Of a DNA stretch of 64,000 nucleotides, positions 26,782-34,638 are shown piece after piece. The notes beneath the pieces were generated by a model. That model was not told the DNA's origin and did no database searches. It was given only the letters and a program-made list of their open reading frames with translations. Position numbers and translations under genes: made by a program. Position 1 is the stretch's first letter, and every line of letters begins with the position of its first letter. The DNA comes from Pseudomonadota bacterium (GTDB taxonomy: Bacteria > Pseudomonadota > Alphaproteobacteria > Sphingomonadales > Sphingomonadaceae): positions 104,669 to 168,668 of the forward strand of contig JAZJZO010000001.1 in NCBI GenBank assembly GCA_040389765.1, written 5' to 3'.

Positions 26782-27168
26782 TTAGCGGCCCCGCTCTCCC
26801 TTCGAACCCTGTGAGGGGTTGTTGGTGTTCTGCGCCAGCCAGGTCGACGTCGAATTGCACGAGCTGGTCAGCGTTTGCGGCTGGTTCGGCTGGAAGGCCG
26901 AATTGTACGGCCAGCATTCCTGAGCCGCGCCATTGTTGAGGCAAAGCTGCCCATTCAGCGCCTGCCACGTCGCCGGGATGGTGTTGCCCTTGGGCGTGAT
27001 CAGCCGGGCGGTTCCGCCCTGGTCGAAATAGACGGTATTGGTGACGCCGTTGGTCGTCACCTGAATTGGCTGACCAACGATCTCCGAAGCGTCTTGGGCG
27101 AAGGCTGCTCCCGAGAAGGAGCAGGCAATCACCAGGCCGAAAGCGGCCCGAAAGGGTGTTCCAGTCAT
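26782..27168 (-). CDS. Secreted hypothetical protein (4 Cys, N/Q/T/S-rich C-terminus)
   Basis: Signal peptide (FGLVIACSFSGAAFAQD). An SD (GAAGGAA) lies upstream of the ATG. I recognise no family. Confidence 0.55.
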   Translation of the reverse strand: MTGTPFRAAFGLVIACSFSGAAFAQDASEIVGQPIQVTTNGVTNTVYFDQGGTARLITPKGNTIPATWQALNGQLCLNNGAAQECWPYNSAFQPNQPQTLTSSCNSTSTWLAQNTNNPSQGSKGERGR

Positions 27169-27234
27169 CTTACGCTATTCCTTCAACTTAGAGCGCCCCC
27201 CCTTTTTTGGGCGAACCAAGTCGAACCGTCATAC

Positions 27235-27654
27235 TTACGTCGGGCTGTTCGTCTTCTTCTTCAGGATGGCATAGAGGCCAATGCCAGCGGCGATTGCCGC
27301 AAGCGCGAGCAGAAGCGGATTGAAACCAAGACCGGCACCGGCAACTTCGACCGGCGGAACCGGGATCGGAGCCGGCGGCTCCGCCTGAGCGACGGGCGGC
27401 GCAGGTTCGTTGGCGGGAAGCACGCAACCGGTACCACCCTGCGCAGCAGCAGCCGCGGCCGCAGCGGCGGAAGCGCCGGCGGAACCACAGACGACTGCGG
27501 CGGGCTGGGCACCGCTCAGGACCGCAAGCGCAGCCCATGGATTGACCTGCTGGACGGGTGCAGCGCTGGGCGACGCAACGGCGGCCGTCGTGCTGAACAG
27601 CAGCGACGATCCGACGACAATTCCCAGAACCCCTTTGAACCGCGAGCCAACCAT
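27235..27654 (-). CDS. Ala/Pro-rich secreted protein with a C-terminal TM helix plus KKK tail (sorting-signal-like)
   Basis: The start was chosen at the ATG at 27654, where a GGGAG SD lies 6 nt upstream. It has an N-terminal signal peptide, a poly-Ala tract, a Pro-rich segment, and then VPPVEVAGAGLGFNPLLLALAAIAAGIGLYAILKKKTNSPT. Confidence 0.5.
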   Translation of the reverse strand: MVGSRFKGVLGIVVGSSLLFSTTAAVASPSAAPVQQVNPWAALAVLSGAQPAAVVCGSAGASAAAAAAAAAQGGTGCVLPANEPAPPVAQAEPPAPIPVPPVEVAGAGLGFNPLLLALAAIAAGIGLYAILKKKTNSPT

Positions 27655-27751
27655 TTTCATCTCCCTGGGGCGCATTACCGTTTGCCCACTGCGCCCGAAG
27701 GTTCGAACCCATAATCCAAAGTAAAGTTTCATTCCACCACTCTGAATAAAA

Positions 27752-29782
27752 TTATTTTCCTTTAGTTAAGTCTGGCTGTTCCATTTCGGGCGAAGCGGCT
27801 GCGGCCTCGACGGAAATTTGCTCGCGGCGCCAGGCCTGAAACATCAAGATCGCCCACAATGCCGGGGTGGAATCACGCGTTCCTGCAAGATGTTGATGCC
27901 ATCTGCGCAACACCAGGTCGGCGTCGAACCAGCCTTCGTGCCGCATCAACGCCGGGTCCAGCAGCTCTTCGGCCCAGGGACGAAGCGGCCCCTTGATCCA
28001 CTCGCCGACCGGGATTCCGAACCCGGCCTTGGGCCGGTCGAACAACGCTCGCGGCGCTTCCTGGAACAGCAGCTCCTTGAGCACGTGCTTGCCCCCGCCC
28101 CCCTGTATGTTCATCGCCGCCGGGATCCGAGCAGCCAGCGCGGCGACGCGATGGTCGAGGAAGGGCGCGCGGGTCTCCAGGCTCACCGCCATCGACGCGC
28201 GATCGACCTTGCACATGATGTCGTCGGGCAAATAGCTCAGGGCATCGCAGTACATCATGCGCAGTGCGTCGGGCGCACCCGTCCCGGCGTCGAGATCGAA
28301 GCTGCAAAGGTCCGCGGCGCCCTCGCCGCCGATCACCGGCGAGCCTTCGTCGGCCCATTCGTCGAGGAAGCTCGCGAACACATCCTCGAGCCCGCGCGCG
28401 CCGACGATCGTCCGCAATGACTTGCGGACCTTGGTCCCGAAATATTGTGGGACCCGGCCGCGCAAGGCGATCCGGCCGACCTGGTCCCAGGCAGCGGCGG
28501 GCACGAAACCGGCAGTTCCCGCCGCAGCGGCGCGAACCGGATGCGGCAGATGCTTGAGCCGGGACCACAGCCGCGCGGTGCCGAAGTAGCGGTTGTAGCC
28601 TCCGAACAATTCGTCGCCGCCGTCCCCGGACAGCGCGACCGTTACCTTCTGCCGGGCAGCTTGGCTGACCAGATAGGTCGGGATCTGCGAGGAGTCGGCG
28701 AAGGGCTCGTCGTACATCTGCGGAAGGCTGGGAATGACCGCCTGCGCTTCCGATGGGGTCACGACATGCTCGTGGTGCTCGGTCCCGAAATGCTTCGCTA
28801 CGGCGCGGGCATAATCGCCCTCGTCGAACGCGGCCTCCTTGAAGCTGATGGTGAAGGTCCGGACCTTCTGGCTCGAATATTTCTGGTACAGCCCGACGAT
28901 CGTCGAGGAATCGATTCCGCCCGAGAGGAACGCGCCGACGGGAACGTCGGCCATGCTCTGGCCCTGCACTGCCTGGGCAAGCACGCGCTCGAGCTCGTCG
29001 ACCGCTTCGCGTTCGCTTCCGATCGGATTGGCGAGCCCGGCGGCGATGACGTCCCGGTATGACCAGTAGCGCCAGTAATGCAGCCCGCCCGCCCGGCCGC
29101 CGACCTGTGGCGGTTCCTCGAGCGGGGTGCTCGCCGCACGGGCGTCGAGCTCCAGCACGCAGCCCGGTTCGAGCTTGAAGACCCGGCGATAAATGGAAAA
29201 TGGCGCCGGAATGTAGGTCCGCGCCGCGAACAGCCGAAGCGCACGGCGGTCGATCTCGGCCTGGAACTTGGGATGCCGCCGGATTGCCTTCAGCTCGGAC
29301 GCAAAGACCAGGTCGCGTCCCGCCCAGCCGTAATAGAGCGGTTTTTCGCCGAAGCGGTCGCGCGCCAGGCTTAGCTTGCGGTCCTTCCGGTCCCACAAGG
29401 CGAAGGCATACATGCCCACCGCGCGCTCCAGCGCCTTGGCGAGGCCCCAGGAGGAAATCGCCTCCAGGAAGGTTTCGGTATCGGAATGGCCGCGCCAGTT
29501 GCGCGCCTCCTCCACCTCGAGCTCACCCCGGATATCCGCGTGGTTGTAGATTTCGCCGTTGAAGATGAGGACAAAGCGACCGTCGTGGGAATGCATCGGC
29601 TGCCGCCCCAGCGGCGAAAGGTCGACGATCGCCAGGCGGCGGTGGATGAGCGCGATCCCCGCATCCTCATCGACCCAATGGTCGTGATCGTCGGGACCGC
29701 GGTGGCGAAGGCTCGCATCCATCTGCGCGAGGAGGTCGCGGTCAGGCGCATGGCTGCCGAATATTCCCGCAATCCCGCACAC
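27752..29782 (-). CDS. Asparagine synthase (glutamine-hydrolysing) family amidotransferase, polysaccharide-locus type
   Basis: MCGIAGIF Ntn-amidotransferase start, the SGGIDSS PP-loop motif, and a length of 676 aa. Confidence 0.9.
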   Translation of the reverse strand: MCGIAGIFGSHAPDRDLLAQMDASLRHRGPDDHDHWVDEDAGIALIHRRLAIVDLSPLGRQPMHSHDGRFVLIFNGEIYNHADIRGELEVEEARNWRGHSDTETFLEAISSWGLAKALERAVGMYAFALWDRKDRKLSLARDRFGEKPLYYGWAGRDLVFASELKAIRRHPKFQAEIDRRALRLFAARTYIPAPFSIYRRVFKLEPGCVLELDARAASTPLEEPPQVGGRAGGLHYWRYWSYRDVIAAGLANPIGSEREAVDELERVLAQAVQGQSMADVPVGAFLSGGIDSSTIVGLYQKYSSQKVRTFTISFKEAAFDEGDYARAVAKHFGTEHHEHVVTPSEAQAVIPSLPQMYDEPFADSSQIPTYLVSQAARQKVTVALSGDGGDELFGGYNRYFGTARLWSRLKHLPHPVRAAAAGTAGFVPAAAWDQVGRIALRGRVPQYFGTKVRKSLRTIVGARGLEDVFASFLDEWADEGSPVIGGEGAADLCSFDLDAGTGAPDALRMMYCDALSYLPDDIMCKVDRASMAVSLETRAPFLDHRVAALAARIPAAMNIQGGGGKHVLKELLFQEAPRALFDRPKAGFGIPVGEWIKGPLRPWAEELLDPALMRHEGWFDADLVLRRWHQHLAGTRDSTPALWAILMFQAWRREQISVEAAAASPEMEQPDLTKGK

Positions 29783-29987
29783 CAGCGGATTCTCCTCGCC
29801 GAACTCAGTCAGCCTAATCTAAATCAAGATTGGCGTTCGTGCCGGCAATACTCGGCCAGCCAATTTTTCTAAGCAAAAACGTACGATAGCGAAAGAACAC
29901 ACAGCGCTATCGGCGTTCTTTACGAAAGTTAGACCGCGATGATAAGCTCGCCTTGCTCAGCTGACTTCACCAGAGCATTGGCGGGGG

Positions 29988-31124
29988 GTGACGACGAACG
30001 CGTTGCGAGTGGTCCATGTCGTCACAGGCCTTGGCCTGGGCGGAGCCGAGACCGTGATGTCCAGAGTGATCGGGGCAAGCCCCGATGTCGCCCACGAGGT
30101 CATCTCCCTGGGCGGGCGTCAGTGGTACTCTGCGATCCTGGAAGAACGAGGCATACCCGTTCACCACGCCAACATGCATTCCATCTCGCCGCTTGGCCTG
30201 ATGCGCATCGCCCGGATTATCCGCGCCAGCCGCGCCGATGTCGTCCAATGCTGGATGTACCGCGCGAACCTGGTCGGAGGCCTCGCGGGCCGGATGTCGG
30301 GGGTCCGCTCGATCTGGAACATCCGCGTCTCCGAGCCCGGCCGCCTTGGGGCTGGGACGTTGTCGGTTGCCTATCTCGGCGGAATGCTCGAGCGCTGGAT
30401 ACCTGACTTCGTGATTTCCTGCTCCGAACGGTCGACCGTGGAGCATCGCAAGCTCGGCTATGGCCGGCGTCCGGGCACCGTCATCGCCAACGGCTATGAT
30501 CCGAAATTGCTGTTTCCCGATGACAAGGCGCGGACCGCTTCGCGCAAGGCGCTCGGCGTCGATCGCGACCGCTTCCTGATCGGCACGATCAGCCGTTGGC
30601 ATACGCAAAAGGATTTGCCGACGTTCCTGAAAGCGCTGCGCCTGCTGGCCGATCGCGACGTTCCAGTGACCTGCATTCTCCTCGGCGTCGGACTTGAGAA
30701 ATCCAACAACGATTTCATGGGCGCGGTGGCCGCGGCCGGTTGCAGTGACTTGGTCGTGCCGCTGGGCAAGCGGGGCGACGTCCCCGAACTCGCGCGGGCC
30801 ATGGATTTGCACGTGTTGTGCAGCATCGCCGAAGGTTTTCCCAACGCGGTTGCTGAAACCATGCTGTCGGGGACGCCGAATGTCGTCACCGACGTAGGGG
30901 ATTCGGCGATGATCGTCGCCGATACCGGATGGGTGGTGCGACCCGGCGACGCCGAAGCGCTCGCCGACGCGATGGAGCAGGCTTACCAGGAGTTGCGGTC
31001 AGCGCCGCGCAAATGGGCTACGCGCAAACGGAAGACCCGAGACCGGATCGCCGACAACTTCTCGCTCGATCGAATGGTCGATTCCTACAAAAAGGTCTGG
31101 AAGCGCTTCGCCAAGCGGGGCTAG
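29988..31124 (+). CDS. Glycosyltransferase family 4 (GT-B)
   Basis: The N-terminus reads RVVHVVTGLGLGGAETV. The C-terminus carries the EGFPNAVAETMLSGTPNVVTDVGD (E-x7-E type) motif. Confidence 0.85.
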   Translation: MTTNALRVVHVVTGLGLGGAETVMSRVIGASPDVAHEVISLGGRQWYSAILEERGIPVHHANMHSISPLGLMRIARIIRASRADVVQCWMYRANLVGGLAGRMSGVRSIWNIRVSEPGRLGAGTLSVAYLGGMLERWIPDFVISCSERSTVEHRKLGYGRRPGTVIANGYDPKLLFPDDKARTASRKALGVDRDRFLIGTISRWHTQKDLPTFLKALRLLADRDVPVTCILLGVGLEKSNNDFMGAVAAAGCSDLVVPLGKRGDVPELARAMDLHVLCSIAEGFPNAVAETMLSGTPNVVTDVGDSAMIVADTGWVVRPGDAEALADAMEQAYQELRSAPRKWATRKRKTRDRIADNFSLDRMVDSYKKVWKRFAKRG

Positions 31125-31135
31125 CGCCTGCCGAC

Positions 31136-32089
31136 ATGAGCAAGGTTCAGCCTTTCACGGTTTCGGCCGTCATCCCCTTGTTCAACAAGGAACAGGCCGT
31201 CGCGGCTTCGATCCGCTCGGTCCTCGCCCAGGCGCGGACACCCGACGAGCTGATCATCGTCGACGACGGGTCAACCGACCGGTCGCGCGAGATTTGCGAA
31301 GATCTGCTGTCGTCGAGCAAGCCACCCTTTCCCTGGCGCGTCGTCCCGCAGAAGAATGCCGGAGCGTCGGCAGCCAGGAATCGCGGTGCTCAGGAAGCGC
31401 AATCGCGCTTCATCGCCTTCCTCGACGCCGACGATGAATGGCGTCCAGGCCATCTGGCGGAAATCGAACGGCTCGCCAGCACCTTCCCCACCGCCGCGTT
31501 CCTCAGCACGCATAGCGTCCGGGTCGAGAGTTCGGGCCGCCTGCTATCCGAACCGACGATCCTCGATGAAAGCTTCTTCGGAATTCTCGAACGGCCGCTC
31601 CTTACCTACGCCAAGAGCCGGGGCATCTTCCGATCGCCGTCGGTCGCGATCCGGAGCGATGCCTGGGAGCGGTCGGGCGGCTTCCCGGTCGGGGTCGAAG
31701 CCAGCGAGGATGTGTTCCTCTGGGTCAAACTGTGCCTGACCGAGGTTGTTGCCCATAGCGGCAAGCCGCTTGTCGTGGTGCACCCGGAACATTCGTCGCA
31801 GGATTCGAGAAACCTGCTGATCGGCCATCAGTTCGCTTACTTCCTGGGCAGTGCCGAAGGCCGCGCCTTCCTCACCAACCCCGACCTTGCGGATTTTCTC
31901 GGGCTGTCCTTTCTCGCCCATATCAAGTGGCGGCGGCTGATGGGGCACGAGGAGGTGCAGCCCGAATTGCGGCGGCTGGCGCAGGCCCTTCCCTGGCGTT
32001 GGCGCGTCGCGTGCCAACTCGCGTCGGTCGCGCCCTTGCCCGCGCTGCACGGCGCCGACAAGGTCAAGGAATGGGCGCGAAGGCTGTGA
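31136..32089 (+). CDS. Glycosyltransferase family 2
   Basis: The internal ATG at 31136 gives MSKVQPFTVSAVIPLFNKEQAV. It also carries IIVDDGSTD and FLDADDEW (DxD). Confidence 0.8.
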   Translation: MSKVQPFTVSAVIPLFNKEQAVAASIRSVLAQARTPDELIIVDDGSTDRSREICEDLLSSSKPPFPWRVVPQKNAGASAARNRGAQEAQSRFIAFLDADDEWRPGHLAEIERLASTFPTAAFLSTHSVRVESSGRLLSEPTILDESFFGILERPLLTYAKSRGIFRSPSVAIRSDAWERSGGFPVGVEASEDVFLWVKLCLTEVVAHSGKPLVVVHPEHSSQDSRNLLIGHQFAYFLGSAEGRAFLTNPDLADFLGLSFLAHIKWRRLMGHEEVQPELRRLAQALPWRWRVACQLASVAPLPALHGADKVKEWARRL

Positions 32090-32096
32090 ACGGCGA

Positions 32097-33041
32097 TCAT
32101 GGGCGTGGAGATAGAATGACACCTCGTCGCCCCATGATGGTGCGCCGAAGCCGAGACAATCTCGCCGCTGCCCGAAGTCCAAGCACGTAGGTCAAGATCT
32201 GAAAGGGTATAGGACCAAGCGAACCGGCGAAGCCTAAATGGCGACTCCTTTTTAGCGCCTCCAGTCCAACGCTATCGTTGCCGGCAAAGTAGCTTTTCCA
32301 CGCAATTCTGAAATAGTGAGCCGCGCATGCATCCACCTGCAGACCGCGGCGCACAACCTCGCTGTTGATTGCAAGCAGCTTTTCATTTGCCAGAATCATC
32401 GATTGCAAATTGTCAGATCGGCTCGAAAGCGACCCTTCGCCGTGCTTGACATAAACACCGCGACCCTTCGTCGAAATAGCCAAGCTCCCTCCGCGCAGAA
32501 GGGCACGCATCATAAGCTCACCATCGTCATTTCGCGAGATATCGGCATCCCAACCGCCAAGACCTTGGATAAAGTTCGTTCTCCAGAGAACAGAGCAGGT
32601 ACCGACATATTCCCCATTGCGATGCCACGCCCAAAATAGCTCTTCCGCCGAAGTAAATCGCGGCACAAACTCCGGCTCTCGTCTGCCTTCGACTTCGTGG
32701 AGAATTTGCGTGGGGCCCAAGGCAATATCTGCCGATACGAGCTTTATTTGATCGACGAGACCGGAAATCAGTGGACCTTCAACGAAATCATCCGAGTCCA
32801 GGAACATTACGTAGGGAGATTTGACTTCGCGCAGCCCCCGGTTACGGCTCCGAGCGGCACCTTGGTTGGTGGAATTTACCAAGACAGAAACGGAGTTAGG
32901 TGCGTAATCGGAAAGAGCAGTCCTGATGCGCTCCCTTTCGCCGTCAACGACCACAATGATGCGAACCTTGATGCCGCTCGCGAGCACGCTGTCGATCGCC
33001 CGGCCGATGGTTCGCTCAGCGCGGTAGGCCGGGATAACCAC
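32097..33041 (-). CDS. Glycosyltransferase family 2 (low-GC module)
   Basis: GTG start. The motifs VIPAYRAERTIGRAIDSV, IIVVVDGE and FLDSDDF are present. Hand-counted GC is about 52-57% in two 60-nt samples. Confidence 0.8.
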   Translation of the reverse strand: MVIPAYRAERTIGRAIDSVLASGIKVRIIVVVDGERERIRTALSDYAPNSVSVLVNSTNQGAARSRNRGLREVKSPYVMFLDSDDFVEGPLISGLVDQIKLVSADIALGPTQILHEVEGRREPEFVPRFTSAEELFWAWHRNGEYVGTCSVLWRTNFIQGLGGWDADISRNDDGELMMRALLRGGSLAISTKGRGVYVKHGEGSLSSRSDNLQSMILANEKLLAINSEVVRRGLQVDACAAHYFRIAWKSYFAGNDSVGLEALKRSRHLGFAGSLGPIPFQILTYVLGLRAAARLSRLRRTIMGRRGVILSPRP

Positions 33042-33115
33042 GCTGACGTCTGGCTTTGAATTTGACAGGATGACGACCTATTCGAAGCGCACTTGAAAGT
33101 GATTAGGTATGCGAC

Positions 33116-33880
33116 GTGTCTAAGGCAATATTATCAAACGTGGCCCTCCGTCGGCAGATAAAGACCAAGATTCCCAAATTTTTACAAGGAAGTGCGCAGT
33201 CGGCCAGTCGTGCGGCAAACTATTTGCTGGCGCGCGAGCCCGAGTTCGCCATCGTCGGCACGGGCCGCTCAGGCACGACATTCACCGCCGAATATCTCAA
33301 TCACATTGGCATTCCCTGCTCGCATGAAAAATACTTCACAAGTGAGGGACCAACCCTGCGTAACGCGAGACGCCCCTTCTACTCACGTGGGGACGCGTCC
33401 TGGATGGCGGTTCCCTACGTGACGCAGATGGGTATCCCGGTCGTCCACCAAATACGAAACCCGATCGCCGTAATAAGGTCGCTGATGCGGATTCAGTTTT
33501 TTGACCCAGCCGCTCGGGACCACCACGGCGAATTTATCAGATTCGCGCTGAGGCACTTCCGCGCAACTGACGACCAGCTTGGAAACTGCATCCGATGGTA
33601 CATCGACTGGAATCGGCGTTGCGAAGACGTTTCGTCGTTTCGATTTCGCGTTGAAGACTTCGACCCGGCTATCGCGGAGATTTTCGCAAAACTCGGCTAC
33701 TCACCCTCCCCCGACAAGGCTGACGTGTCAGAGCAACTAAACTCACGAGCATCGCCCACCGGCCATAACCTCAGCGACAAGTTCGAAGAGGAATTGCGAG
33801 CGCACCGCCACTTTGACGAGTTGCAGGAATTGAGCGAAAAATACGGTTACTCGCTGGTCAATGAGATCAATAAGCCATGA
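33116..33880 (+). CDS. Sulfotransferase-family protein
   Basis: GTG start. VGTGRSGTT resembles the 5-prime-phosphosulfate-binding loop and IRNPIAVIRS resembles the 3-prime-phosphate-binding motif of PAPS-dependent sulfotransferases. Hand-counted GC of 33121-33180 is 43%. Confidence 0.7.
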   Translation: MSKAILSNVALRRQIKTKIPKFLQGSAQSASRAANYLLAREPEFAIVGTGRSGTTFTAEYLNHIGIPCSHEKYFTSEGPTLRNARRPFYSRGDASWMAVPYVTQMGIPVVHQIRNPIAVIRSLMRIQFFDPAARDHHGEFIRFALRHFRATDDQLGNCIRWYIDWNRRCEDVSSFRFRVEDFDPAIAEIFAKLGYSPSPDKADVSEQLNSRASPTGHNLSDKFEEELRAHRHFDELQELSEKYGYSLVNEINKP

Positions 33881-34638
33881 TAGCAAAGCAGGTAAAAATA
33901 TTCGGTGAGCGGAACACTGGCACCAATGCCCTGACGGACATGATCGAGCTCAATTCACATTCTCGCTGCCTGCCGTCGGTCGCGAAGGAACTGGAGCCCC
34001 AACTAGCCAGAAAGATCAGTAGCCGGTTCGTGTCACGAAGGCGCCGTGAAGCAATCATAGACCAGATATTCTCTCGTCACGGTCCTCTCGAATCTTGGAA
34101 ACACCGTGCGACTTATTTTCCCGATGCCGCAGTTTTCGACGGGACCTTGGTAGTGTTTACGGTCAGGCATCCCGCTTCGTGGTTATTGTCGTTCTGGAAG
34201 AATCCTTACCACACGTTTGGCCGCGTGCCCGACACTATTGAGGGTTTCCTGCAGCACGAATGGCGAACTGCAGAGCGCGAGGGTCTGGATCGTATACTGA
34301 TGCGCCCGCTGGAGCTGTACCACGCAAAGCTGCGGTCGTATCTCGTGTTGTCCGAAGAGCTTTCGGCACTGCAAATTCCCCAAAGCTTCATCCGCTTTGA
34401 GGACCTAATTCTCCGACAGGAGGAAGTTTTTCGTAAGCTATCGCCTGTGCTGGACAGGCCGAACGCCACCTTCGCGCCGCTACTGCAATCAACAAAAGAC
34501 GATCGGAAAGGCTTGGACTTCTACATCGCTTATTACGGCCGCGAATTGTGGAGAAAGGAACTGGAAGGGGCCTACTCCAAGATCAACGAGAACGTTGACT
34601 GGGGCGCCGTACGGAAATTCGATTACCTTCCATTGTGA
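33877..34638 (+). CDS. Second sulfotransferase-like protein
   Basis: ATGA overlap with the upstream gene. FGERNTGTN (P-loop-like) and VRHPASWLLS (3-prime-PB-like) lie at equivalent spacing to the upstream paralogue. Confidence 0.55.
   Translation: MIAKQVKIFGERNTGTNALTDMIELNSHSRCLPSVAKELEPQLARKISSRFVSRRRREAIIDQIFSRHGPLESWKHRATYFPDAAVFDGTLVVFTVRHPASWLLSFWKNPYHTFGRVPDTIEGFLQHEWRTAEREGLDRILMRPLELYHAKLRSYLVLSEELSALQIPQSFIRFEDLILRQEEVFRKLSPVLDRPNATFAPLLQSTKDDRKGLDFYIAYYGRELWRKELEGAYSKINENVDWGAVRKFDYLPL

Noticed and set aside
27695-27712. GGTTCGAACCC, a tRNA T-loop-like sequence
   Set aside because: The flanking sequence cannot be folded into T-stem, acceptor or anticodon arms. It lies in the 5-prime leader of the 27235-27654 gene. 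It is not a tRNA.
27873-29396. 507-aa same-strand alternative-frame ORF inside the AsnB gene
   Set aside because: It is an off-frame Arg/Pro/Gly-rich translation. The AsnB frame carries the MCGIAGIF and SGGIDSS motifs.
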